A program made the translations under genes and the position numbers. Positions 15,333 to 23,347 of a stretch of 32,000 nt of DNA are shown here, in pieces. Source of the DNA: Candidatus Saccharimonadota bacterium (lineage in GTDB: Bacteria > Patescibacteriota > Saccharimonadia > Saccharimonadales > Saccharimonadaceae); the NCBI GenBank assembly GCA_032154105.1, contig JALDYI010000003.1, positions 52,520 through 84,519 on the forward strand, read 5' to 3'. Every line of letters starts with the position of its first letter. The stretch's first letter is position 1. The notes beneath the pieces were generated by a model. It made no database searches and was not told where the DNA came from. It saw only the letters and a program-made list of their open reading frames with translations.

Positions 15333-17453
15333 TTAGGCTTCGACGTCTTTAATCGACAGACTCAGTCGTCCGCGCTCATCAATACCGGTCAGTTTTACTT
15401 TGATGATCTGGCCTTCGTGAAGTACGTCTTCAACTCTCTCGACACGCTCGTCAGATAGCTGTGAGATATGAACCATACCATCGATACCAGGCATGATATT
15501 GATGAAGGCGCCGAAGTCTTTGATGCTGACGACTTTACCTTCATAGATCTTACCGACTTCTGGCTCTTCGGTCAGGCTCTTGATCCAGTTGATCGCCTTT
15601 TCGATGTTGGTCGTGTCACTGGCCGCTACGGTGATGAGACCATCTTCCTTAATGTCGATCTGCGCACCAGTTTCGGCCGTAATCTTGTTGATCACTTCAC
15701 CACCCTTACCAATAACCGCACCGATCTTGTCAGGGTTGATCTTGATCTTTTCAATTCGCGGGGCGTATGGACTAAGGGTTGTCTTTGGCGCTGCAAGCGT
15801 CGTCATCATGTGGGCGAGGATATGCGCACGGCCAGGCTTCGCTGCAGTTAGCGCCTGCTTTAAGATATCAACAGAAAGACCATGAACCTTCATATCCATC
15901 TGAATCGCCGTAATACCTCTCTCGGTACCAGTCACCTTGAAGTCCATGTCGCCGGCGAAATCTTCCGCATCAGCAATATCGCTCATGACATATGGCGTGT
16001 CGCCGTCCATCATCAGACCCATAGCAATACCAGACACTGGTCGTTTCAGTGGTACACCCGCGTCCATGAGTGCAAGGACCGAGCTACAGGTAGCGGCCAT
16101 TGAAGTTGAGCCGTTCTGACTCATGATTTCCGTGACGCTACGAATAGCATACGGGAACTCTTCTTCGGTCGGAAGCATCGGTAGCACCGCACGCTCAGCC
16201 AGGTAACCATGGCCGATCTCACGTCGCCCCGGACCCATCAAGCGCTTAACTTCACCAACTGTATAGCCAGGAGCGTTGTAATGGTGCATATAGCGGCGCT
16301 CGCCGTCGTTTACTTCCATAGTGTCTACCAATTGTGCGTAACTGAGTGGTGCTAATGTCACGATGTTCATTCCCTGCGTCACACCGCGTGTAAAGAGTGC
16401 TGAACCGTGCGTTCGTGGCAAGATGCCAACTTCGCTCGAGAGCTGGCGGATTTCGTCGAGCCGACGACCGTCTGGGCGAAGACCATGCTCAACGATTCCC
16501 TGGCGCACATCTTTGTGAAGTGCCATCGTGAAAGCCTCGTCGTATTCACCACGGAGGTCCTTGTAGCTATCTTCACCGACTTGCTCGACCATGGCGACAT
16601 GGAATTCATCGCGAAGTGTCGCAACAAGCTCGTTGCGCTCAGGATATGGACGGCGAAGATCTTCGCCAATCTTGCCATTCATCCAAGCGTCAACCGCTAC
16701 TTGAATCTCGTCGTTTGGTAGTACAAGTTCGTATGGAAGCGCTTCGACGCCAATCTTAGCGACAAGCTCTTTCTGGGCAGCAATCGCCGGCTGGAATGCC
16801 TCAAACGCCCACGCGAGTGCCTCAGCAATAACTTCCTCAGATACTTCGTTGGCGCCAGCTTCAACCATCGTAATGCCGCTTTCGATACCAGCAACAACAA
16901 GATCAAGATCACTGGCGTCGCGTTCTTCGGGCGAAGCAAACGCCTTAAACTCACCATTCACCTGCGCCACGCGAAGACCAGCCACTGGACCATCAAACGG
17001 TGCACCAGTCAGCATAAGTGCCGTTGAGGCAGCGATCATAGCTACCATGTCCGGGCGGAAGGCTGGGTCCATCGAAAGAACTGATGCAACGTTCTGCACT
17101 TCCTGACGGTAGCCTTTTGGAAACAATGGACGAATCGGGCGGTCGATCAGACGGCCAATAAGAATCGCTTCGTCGCTCGGGCGACCTTCGCGCTTAATAA
17201 AGCGGCTGCCACTGATCTTGCCAGCTGCATAAAACTTTTCTTCATAGTCGATACTGAGCGGGAAATAATCCATGCCGCTGAGTGGCTTTTTGCCGACCAT
17301 GGCAGTTCCAAGTACGACCGTTTCACCGTACGTTACAAGCACTGAGGCTGAGGTGCGGAAACCGACACGATTGACTTCGAGCTTAAGCGGACGCCCGCAA
17401 AGTTCGGTGGTAACAGAAATAATATCCTTACCAGTAGGGTTGATTGTAGACAT
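15333..17453 (-). CDS. pnp: Polyribonucleotide nucleotidyltransferase (PNPase)
   Basis: Two RNase PH domains, a KH domain (IGAVIGKGGEVINKI) and an S1 domain (GKIYEGKVVSIKDFGAFI). I trimmed track ORF 15333..17546 to the ATG at 17453 (MSTINPTGKD), which has AAAAAGGAGGA 6 nt upstream. Confidence 0.95.
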   Translation of the reverse strand: MSTINPTGKDIISVTTELCGRPLKLEVNRVGFRTSASVLVTYGETVVLGTAMVGKKPLSGMDYFPLSIDYEEKFYAAGKISGSRFIKREGRPSDEAILIGRLIDRPIRPLFPKGYRQEVQNVASVLSMDPAFRPDMVAMIAASTALMLTGAPFDGPVAGLRVAQVNGEFKAFASPEERDASDLDLVVAGIESGITMVEAGANEVSEEVIAEALAWAFEAFQPAIAAQKELVAKIGVEALPYELVLPNDEIQVAVDAWMNGKIGEDLRRPYPERNELVATLRDEFHVAMVEQVGEDSYKDLRGEYDEAFTMALHKDVRQGIVEHGLRPDGRRLDEIRQLSSEVGILPRTHGSALFTRGVTQGMNIVTLAPLSYAQLVDTMEVNDGERRYMHHYNAPGYTVGEVKRLMGPGRREIGHGYLAERAVLPMLPTEEEFPYAIRSVTEIMSQNGSTSMAATCSSVLALMDAGVPLKRPVSGIAMGLMMDGDTPYVMSDIADAEDFAGDMDFKVTGTERGITAIQMDMKVHGLSVDILKQALTAAKPGRAHILAHMMTTLAAPKTTLSPYAPRIEKIKINPDKIGAVIGKGGEVINKITAETGAQIDIKEDGLITVAASDTTNIEKAINWIKSLTEEPEVGKIYEGKVVSIKDFGAFINIMPGIDGMVHISQLSDERVERVEDVLHEGQIIKVKLTGIDERGRLSLSIKDVEA

Positions 17454-17617
17454 GTTATGTCCTCCTTTTTGTTTACTCGCCTTATTATGTGAGCGATAAG
17501 TAACGGGTACAGGAACTTGTGAACAACAAATTTCTCTATCCACCACTTACGTCGCTCTTGTAGCGAGTGATAGTTCCATTATACCGTACTTAGAAGATAT
17601 CGGTATGGCGAATACAT

Positions 17618-18106
17618 CTATAGTTCAGCTACTATCTTTTTGAGATTCTCGCGCAGTCGCTCTATTCTTCGATCTGGCGTCGTTTGTTCACGCAGCTGCG
17701 TGCGAGATAGTTTAGCCTGGGGCGTTACATCTCGGATATGTAGACTGCAGAGAAGATCTGCGCAACATAAATATGATAAAGAACTCCTGTCGCTGCGATC
17801 GAACGTAATAACTGCCGAGTTCGAACCGCGTTGCCATGTCGAACAAAGGTCACATATAACCGCCTCCACGCGACCAGTCACACTGCTCGCCTTTCGCATC
17901 TGTAGTCGAAACGGCACAAGAAACATAGTATCAAGATCGACAACAAGCACACCCTTCGAATGATGACGGTCGGTGATGGCAATAAAATCTCGTTCACCCC
18001 AGTCACGTATAGCTTCGGGATTGAACTTTAGCTCAGATGCGATCTTCTTTTTAATATCGTGTGTATCGAGAAGGTCAGAAAAGGTATGTACCGTCAGGTG
18101 TCTCAT
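17618..18106 (-). CDS. FBP / FusB-FusC-like protein with a C-terminal treble-clef zinc finger (EF-G-binding protein family)
   Basis: C-terminal CDLCSTW...(24 aa)...CCADLLCSLHIRD gives a C-x2-C ... C-x4-C arrangement, followed by a helical tail (RIERLRENLKKIV), as in FBP_C-domain proteins. The track start at 18124 is GTG. The first ATG is at 18106 (MRHLTVHTF), preceded by TATAAT (18118..18113) 6 nt upstream. Confidence 0.65.
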   Translation of the reverse strand: MRHLTVHTFSDLLDTHDIKKKIASELKFNPEAIRDWGERDFIAITDRHHSKGVLVVDLDTMFLVPFRLQMRKASSVTGRVEAVICDLCSTWQRGSNSAVITFDRSDRSSLSYLCCADLLCSLHIRDVTPQAKLSRTQLREQTTPDRRIERLRENLKKIVAEL

Positions 18107-18130
18107 AGTGCCATTATAGTACACACATAT

Positions 18131-18868
18131 TTAGCGCGTAATGATAATGACATCGTCCATTAGTCCAGAATAAAAGTTACCGGCACCGTATGCACCTATG
18201 ACAGGTGTCGTTAAGTCTAGATTGACAGGAAGCGGCGCATTAGTATTTGTAGCAACCAATGAGCCGTCACGCCAGAGCTTAAGCGTTCCTACCGCCCCGC
18301 TCGTCTGAGTGAATTCGAGGGCGAGATGATGCCATTTTCCGTCACTGAGTGTGAAACTATCGGTTACGTGGTTCCAGGTGCTGTTATGCCCGGCGTTAAC
18401 GCGACACGATGGCAAATAAAACGCATCGGACGACCCACTAGCGGCCGATATGACATTGTTGCAACCACCAGTCGGCTTCACCCATGCCGCCTTTAAGTAA
18501 TATGATGGCTGCAGCGAAATACCAGTGTTGATGCGCGTCGAGCCGTTAAACGAGAACGAACGGCCCGTGCCAGACGGCGTATCAGTTGAGTAGGTCGTCG
18601 TCCCTGTAATTGTGCCGGCATTGGCCTTCTCGCTCCTATCGGGCACCGACACACCGCTCCCCTGCTCGAAGTCGTAATAGCCGATGGCGTTCAAAATATC
18701 GGGCGATCGCCCAATTGCCGACGCGTAGGACTGCGCGCCCGACATGCGTGCACGCTCCTGGATGCCGTTATACGCAACGATAGTAATAGCAGCAAGAATA
18801 CCGATAATGACAATCACTATAAGTAGTTCGACAATTGTAAAACCGGTCTGGTGCCCACGCCTTTGCAT
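18131..18868 (-). CDS. Type IV pilin-like protein with a C-terminal LamG / concanavalin-A-like lectin domain (putative pilus-associated adhesin)
   Basis: MQRRGHQTG|FTIVELLIVIVIIGILAAITIVAYNGIQ, then Laminin_G_3-like motifs SFSFNGS, AWVKP, GKWHHLALEF, LKLWRDGSLV and IGAYGAGNFYSGLMDDVII. The track start at 18904 is TTG; ATG candidates are 18877 and 18868. I prefer 18868 for its 9-aa leader, like the other pilins, and for TTTAAT 7 nt upstream. Confidence 0.8.
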   Translation of the reverse strand: MQRRGHQTGFTIVELLIVIVIIGILAAITIVAYNGIQERARMSGAQSYASAIGRSPDILNAIGYYDFEQGSGVSVPDRSEKANAGTITGTTTYSTDTPSGTGRSFSFNGSTRINTGISLQPSYYLKAAWVKPTGGCNNVISAASGSSDAFYLPSCRVNAGHNSTWNHVTDSFTLSDGKWHHLALEFTQTSGAVGTLKLWRDGSLVATNTNAPLPVNLDLTTPVIGAYGAGNFYSGLMDDVIIITR

Positions 18869-19040
18869 TATTCTCATTAAAACACTTGTGCTTTGTCTGA
18901 GCAACCTAACGACGCCTAGGAGGATTCTATATATCTGTTATAATAAATCCACTATGATCCCGGCGGATCCTCTACGCGTACACGTTCGGACGTGCCGAAC
19001 CACTAGCGCCTTAATGAATAATCAAATTACAGGAGAAGCT

Positions 19041-19523
19041 ATGTTACAACGACGAATCGCCGTACGCGGCGTTGCATATGAAAATGGAAAAATCCTCAGT
19101 GTCCTCCATAAAGACCGTGAAGGAAATCCGGCCGACTTTTGGGCCATCCCAGGAGGCGGACTCGATCCGGGCGAACCGCTCGCCGATGGGCTGTACCGAG
19201 AAATGATAGAAGAAACCGGTATCGCTCCCCAGATTGGCCGATTACTTTTCGTGCAGCAATTCATGTTCGAAAACCGGCTCGGTGAAGTACGAGAAGAACT
19301 TGAATTCTTTTTTCAACTCGAAAACCCAAAAGATTACCAGACGATTGACCTTAGTGCGACAACCCACGGCAATATTGAGCTTGCCGATTGCACCTTTGTC
19401 GACCCGCGCCAAACCAATATCATGCCGGCATTTTTTCGAACCATCGATCTGGAAAGCCACTGCACAAGCGAGCAGCCTGTCTTTATCTGGAATGAGCTGC
19501 CCGTAGGATCCGCTGCGAGCTAG
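19041..19523 (+). CDS. NUDIX hydrolase
   Basis: Perfect NUDIX box GGGLDPGEPLADGLYREMIEETGI. I trimmed track ORF 18744..19523 to the ATG at 19041 (AGGAGA at 19031-19036), because the upstream extension is antisense to the pilin gene. Confidence 0.85.
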   Translation: MLQRRIAVRGVAYENGKILSVLHKDREGNPADFWAIPGGGLDPGEPLADGLYREMIEETGIAPQIGRLLFVQQFMFENRLGEVREELEFFFQLENPKDYQTIDLSATTHGNIELADCTFVDPRQTNIMPAFFRTIDLESHCTSEQPVFIWNELPVGSAAS

Positions 19524-19855
19524 ATACGCTCGATTTCAATGCCGAGTACGCCATACTTTTCTTGGTCTTCGACACTATAATACAAAAGTATCTGCTCGGT
19601 AAGTTCACTAGCGTCGTGGCCGCCAAACTTTTGAGGATCATTGTGGCTGAACATGTCACCAAAGCTGCCGTAGCGTAGCAAGCCGACTACTTTTGTGCGC
19701 ACCATGCGTGATACATCATCCAAATGACTAAAGACAAGCTCATCACCAAGCTGCACCTGTTGCCGTTTAGTGTCAAAGAGTCGTGATTCAATGGTCTTTC
19801 GACCGTCTTCAATCATTGTGAACGGAATGTCGGATAGTTTCATCGTATGCTTCAT
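19520..19855 (-). CDS. ASCH (PUA-like) domain protein
   Basis: 111 aa. F..I..G.KTIESRL.D.KRQ.V.LGDELVF ... YGVLGIEI matches the ASCH-domain pattern by eye. TATACT (19868..19863) lies 7 nt upstream of the ATG at 19855. Confidence 0.65.
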   Translation of the reverse strand: MKHTMKLSDIPFTMIEDGRKTIESRLFDTKRQQVQLGDELVFSHLDDVSRMVRTKVVGLLRYGSFGDMFSHNDPQKFGGHDASELTEQILLYYSVEDQEKYGVLGIEIERI

Positions 19856-19873
19856 ATCTATGAGTATAGCCGA

Positions 19874-20665
19874 TTAGCGCACATCACGGCGGCGGAAGAT
19901 GATGACGCCAAGCAGCAAGAAGAAGATTGTAACACCTCCCAGTACAATAACATCCAGCATGGCGATTTCTGTTTTTGCAATTGTCGCCGCAGGGAAATAA
20001 TGGAGTAGCGAAGCATGTTCGTATGGCTGTAGCCAATCGACGGATTTTGCAAAAGTTGTCAGAATGAAACTGCCAACCGCAGCAAGAACACCAACTCCCA
20101 TCGTGAGTGCACGCTTGCCGCTTGCAAGCCCAAGACCAAACACAAGCGTTGCAATCGAGACAGACAACAGCCATGTCATCGCACCAAGGCGAATGACTAC
20201 CATCGGATCAAGTGTCTCGCCGATAACAGCCAGCCCTATCTGCATACCGACAATTGTCGAGCAAGTTGTTGTGAAGGTAATCGCCACGATCGCCAGCCAC
20301 TTGCTCGTCAAAACGCGCGACCGACTCAGCGGCAGCGCCAAAAGTGTACGCAACTGTCCCCTCTCTTCTTCGGCGACTGTCAGGCCTACAGCTAAGATAA
20401 TCGATAAAATGCTCACGAAAATCGGGATGCGCACTTCAAACAACTGACTACCTACATAGCCTGGCAACTCCTTGAGATTGGCAAGATCGCCAACGAGTCC
20501 TTGAAATGCTGGTGGCAGGCTCTTTACCAGCTCATCGATACCCGAATCCTGATGAAATGCGGGGTAAAAGATCATCATCAGAAAGCCAAGAAATGCGAGG
20601 CCTAGCCCCCAGCCAATAATAAAGGCTCGCTTATCGTAGATCGTCTTTGTAAATAAATTAAACAT
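19874..20665 (-). CDS. ABC-2 type transporter permease
   Basis: Six predicted TM helices downstream of the ATPase. I chose the ATG at 20665 (MFNLFTKTIYDKRAF), which overlaps the ATPase stop by 8 nt, over the track start at 20701. Confidence 0.75.
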   Translation of the reverse strand: MFNLFTKTIYDKRAFIIGWGLGLAFLGFLMMIFYPAFHQDSGIDELVKSLPPAFQGLVGDLANLKELPGYVGSQLFEVRIPIFVSILSIILAVGLTVAEEERGQLRTLLALPLSRSRVLTSKWLAIVAITFTTTCSTIVGMQIGLAVIGETLDPMVVIRLGAMTWLLSVSIATLVFGLGLASGKRALTMGVGVLAAVGSFILTTFAKSVDWLQPYEHASLLHYFPAATIAKTEIAMLDVIVLGGVTIFFLLLGVIIFRRRDVR

Positions 20666-21575
20666 GCGGCTCCTCCACGGCACCCCTGGCGTATAAGTCA
20701 CTAAAAGCCGCCTCCAGATCGTGCTCGGTGATTGTCAACTCACTGAGCGGCGGCGCACTCGCCAGCCATTTTTGTAGATTCAATGCCGGGCCTTTGTAGA
20801 TAAAATCGACTTCATGTCCATCTGTCGTTTTTCGATGCACGATCGACTGCGCACCTCTGGGTGGAACGACCGTATATTTTGCAGCCACATGAATCATCTT
20901 GCCGCCAGTCGCCTCGAGCTGATGAGAGAGGATATCTTTCACAAGCTTGCCCTTTCGCATCAATAGCACTCGTGTGCAAACATCGGCAACTTCGCCTAGA
21001 TAATGGGATGACATAAAGATGGTCGTCCCACGGACACCCTCTTCACGGACCAGTTCCAAAAACTCCTGTTGCATCAAGGGGTCGAGACCACTACTTGGCT
21101 CATCGAGAATAACCAGCTTTGGACTGGCCATAAACGCACCGATGAGTGCTATCTTTTGCCTATTTCCCCTTGAGAGATCCTTAATCTTCTTGCCAAGTTC
21201 AGGCTCAAACCGAGCGCACAACTCCTTTACTCGAGCCTGGTCGCGTAAATGGTAGCGATGTGATAAAAATTTCAGGTACTGGTTACCACTAAGATTATCG
21301 AACAATGCCATGTCTCCGCTCGCGAAACCTATGTCCGGGTGGATTACGTGAGCCGTCTCTGGAGAAATTGCCTCTCCAAATAACCGCACCTCCCCGCTTG
21401 AGGCCCGCAAAAAACCGAGCAAAAGATTGATCGTCGTTGATTTTCCCGCGCCATTAAGACCGACGAAACCCACAATCTCACCTTCTTTAACCGAAAAATT
21501 TACCTCCTCAATCGCATGGAACTTACCAAAGCGTTTCGTGAGGTTGGTTGCTTCAATAACCGTAAGCTCATTCAT
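20658..21575 (-). CDS. ABC transporter ATP-binding protein
   Basis: Walker A GLNGAGKSTT, signature LSRGNRQKIAL, Walker B LVILDEPSSGLD, H-loop SSHYL. Confidence 0.9.
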   Translation of the reverse strand: MNELTVIEATNLTKRFGKFHAIEEVNFSVKEGEIVGFVGLNGAGKSTTINLLLGFLRASSGEVRLFGEAISPETAHVIHPDIGFASGDMALFDNLSGNQYLKFLSHRYHLRDQARVKELCARFEPELGKKIKDLSRGNRQKIALIGAFMASPKLVILDEPSSGLDPLMQQEFLELVREEGVRGTTIFMSSHYLGEVADVCTRVLLMRKGKLVKDILSHQLEATGGKMIHVAAKYTVVPPRGAQSIVHRKTTDGHEVDFIYKGPALNLQKWLASAPPLSELTITEHDLEAAFSDLYARGAVEEPHV

Positions 21576-21611
21576 ATACTTCTTAGTATACGCCTATCAA
21601 GAAGTCTAAAT

Positions 21612-21641
21612 AAAAAGGATCCGCAATTACTTGCGGAGTCC
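21612..21641 (-). terminator. Rho-independent terminator of rpsO (stem overlaps the stop codon)
   Basis: On the minus strand ggactccgcaa / ttgcggatcc form a stem (one bulged G) with loop gtaa, which contains the rpsO TAA stop. TTTTTATTT follows. Confidence 0.75.
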
Positions 21642-21893
21642 TAGTGTGGCGACAACAGCTTTATACTGTTCAAAGTCTTTACGCTCGAGATACTTGAGGA
21701 GGCGCTTCCTTTTACCAACCATTTGGATCAGACCGCGGCGGGCCATGTGATCGTGTTTGTTGGCCTTAAGGTGTTCCGTCACCTCTTTGATACGAGCAGT
21801 CAAGATTGACACCTGAGCCTGTGGGCTACCGACGTCGTTCTTTGAAACCTGAGTCAAAGCAATTGCCTGTGATTTGTTCTCTTTAGTAATCAT
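21627..21893 (-). CDS. rpsO: 30S ribosomal protein S15
   Basis: MITKENKSQAI...GSPQAQVSILTARIKEVTEHLKANKHDHMARRGLIQMVGKRKRLLKYL is the hallmark S15 sequence. I trimmed to the ATG at 21893 (88 aa). Confidence 0.95.
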   Translation of the reverse strand: MITKENKSQAIALTQVSKNDVGSPQAQVSILTARIKEVTEHLKANKHDHMARRGLIQMVGKRKRLLKYLERKDFEQYKAVVATLGLRK

Positions 21894-21964
21894 CTCAGCA
21901 ACTATAACAGAGTTAGAGACAATTTTCAACAGCTCCGCATGCGGACTTGCTGTCTGTCATTAAC

Positions 21965-22714
21965 CTATAGAACTCCACCGCCAAACAGATACACCAGCGC
22001 GACAGCCAAGAAGGCCATCGATAGACTAGAGCAACGATCCAGCATGCCGCCGTGTCCCGGGATTGTCGTGCCCCAATCCTTAATTCCGAGCCGACGCTTA
22101 GCAATACTGTTAAGCAAATCACCAAGTGCACTTGCTCCACCGATCAATATTCCAAGCCACCAGGCTAATTGCACGTCTATTACCCATGCCGCCAACCCAA
22201 CTCCGACGACACCACCGATCAGCTGGCCAAACACACCCTCCCAGCTCTTGTTCGAACTAATCCATGACGGCAAGACGTGCCCTTTGATGTAATTGCCAAA
22301 GAAGAAAGCGCACACGTCCGACAGTACCGACCCAAAGCAAAGCAGCGTAATGACCGGTGCATACTCTCCGGCGGAAAGTTGCAAAAAGAGAAATATCATA
22401 CCGAGTAAACAAGCGCTGAAAACCAAACCATAGCCGCGCACCTGCCAAGGTGTAGTATTCATCTGTCGAACCTGCCTGATATATTCAATCGCCGCCACGA
22501 GGAAAATCGTAGCCACAAGAACCAGCCCCGCAAAAGGACCCGCTAAAATGACAGCAACGAAAACCGCATAGATCGGCAACCACATAAGAATTTTTATACA
22601 TAGCGATGAGGCGACGAACTTTCGTATGTTCCACCCGTACAGAGGAAGACAGGCAAAAGCACCGCCGACAACTAAGCCAAGAACGACACTACTCAGTTGA
22701 ACAAGATTATCCAT
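21965..22714 (-). CDS. cdsA: Phosphatidate cytidylyltransferase (CDP-diglyceride synthase)
   Basis: C-terminal signature SIAKRRLGIKDWGTTIPGHGGMLDRCSS. Polytopic membrane protein. Its start overlaps the plsY stop by 8 nt. Confidence 0.9.
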   Translation of the reverse strand: MDNLVQLSSVVLGLVVGGAFACLPLYGWNIRKFVASSLCIKILMWLPIYAVFVAVILAGPFAGLVLVATIFLVAAIEYIRQVRQMNTTPWQVRGYGLVFSACLLGMIFLFLQLSAGEYAPVITLLCFGSVLSDVCAFFFGNYIKGHVLPSWISSNKSWEGVFGQLIGGVVGVGLAAWVIDVQLAWWLGILIGGASALGDLLNSIAKRRLGIKDWGTTIPGHGGMLDRCSSLSMAFLAVALVYLFGGGVL

Positions 22715-23261
22715 GATTCGGAACCGTCCCCCGCAGGTTGTCGCGCAGAGTAACCAACGGAATCATCAAACAGACCACTCCCATCCACCAATATTCAGGC
22801 ATCAAAACCGGAAGACCGACAGTAATCACCGCAACACCAGCAAGTGACGCCACGCTCGAAGAACGGCCAGCCCGCAGCAATATTACATAGACAATTGCAG
22901 CTACAGCAGCAAGTATTGGCATGAGGACGGCAATCATACCTAGTCCGGTCGCAATACCCTTACCACCCCTAAAGCGCAGCCAGACAGGAAAAACATGCCC
23001 CATAAGTGCTACGAGCCCAAACAAGAACGCCAACATCGGCCCGCCAAACACAAGTCCGGCATAGGTCGCCGATGCCCCCTTGGCAATATCGCATGTGAGA
23101 GTCGGAACACCGTAGCACCAACCCATAATTCGCTGCACATTAGCAAAGCCTATATTGCCGCTGCCGCGACGCTGAATATCAACCCCTCCCAACCAACAAA
23201 ATAACTTGCCAAATGGGATAGACCCAATGAGGTATGCCCCTATATATCCCGCCGTAATCAT
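22707..23261 (-). CDS. plsY: Glycerol-3-phosphate acyltransferase PlsY
   Basis: GSGNIGFANVQR and FRGGKGIATGLG motifs. 184-aa polytopic membrane protein. Confidence 0.9.
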   Translation of the reverse strand: MITAGYIGAYLIGSIPFGKLFCWLGGVDIQRRGSGNIGFANVQRIMGWCYGVPTLTCDIAKGASATYAGLVFGGPMLAFLFGLVALMGHVFPVWLRFRGGKGIATGLGMIAVLMPILAAVAAIVYVILLRAGRSSSVASLAGVAVITVGLPVLMPEYWWMGVVCLMIPLVTLRDNLRGTVPNHG

Positions 23262-23333
23262 TACTGCCCATACTACACGCCGCTAACGACCTACACAAGC
23301 CATCGGGACCACTCACCTGACCGATCCGCTTAT

Positions 23334-23341
23334 GGTATAGT
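23334..23341 (+). promoter_or_regulatory. Extended -10 promoter element immediately upstream of a probably leaderless gene
   Basis: TGgTATAGT (23334-23341 plus t at 23333 context), followed by 6 nt (catact) and the ATG at 23348. No Shine-Dalgarno. Confidence 0.4.
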
Positions 23342-23347
23342 CATACT

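Noticed and set aside
17536-17544. CTATCCACC, a 7/9 match to the DnaA box TTATCCACA, in the pnp upstream region. The minus-to-plus gene orientation switch at 23262-23347 is a separate possible origin signature.
   Set aside because: There is only one imperfect box, with no cluster, no AT-rich unwinding element and no dnaA or dnaN nearby. Minus-strand genes resume after 25498, so the strand switch is local.
17805-17840. GAGTTCGAACCGCG, which resembles a tRNA T-arm (GGTTCGAATCC).
   Set aside because: It lies inside the FBP-like coding sequence. I could not fold the flanking sequence into acceptor, D or anticodon arms. It is a single chance match.
18744-19040. The long N-terminal extension of the NUDIX ORF (the track gives 259 aa).
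   Set aside because: The extension is antisense to the LamG-pilin's conserved 5' end and crosses the intergenic region. The NUDIX fold is complete from the ATG at 19041, which has an AGGAGA Shine-Dalgarno.
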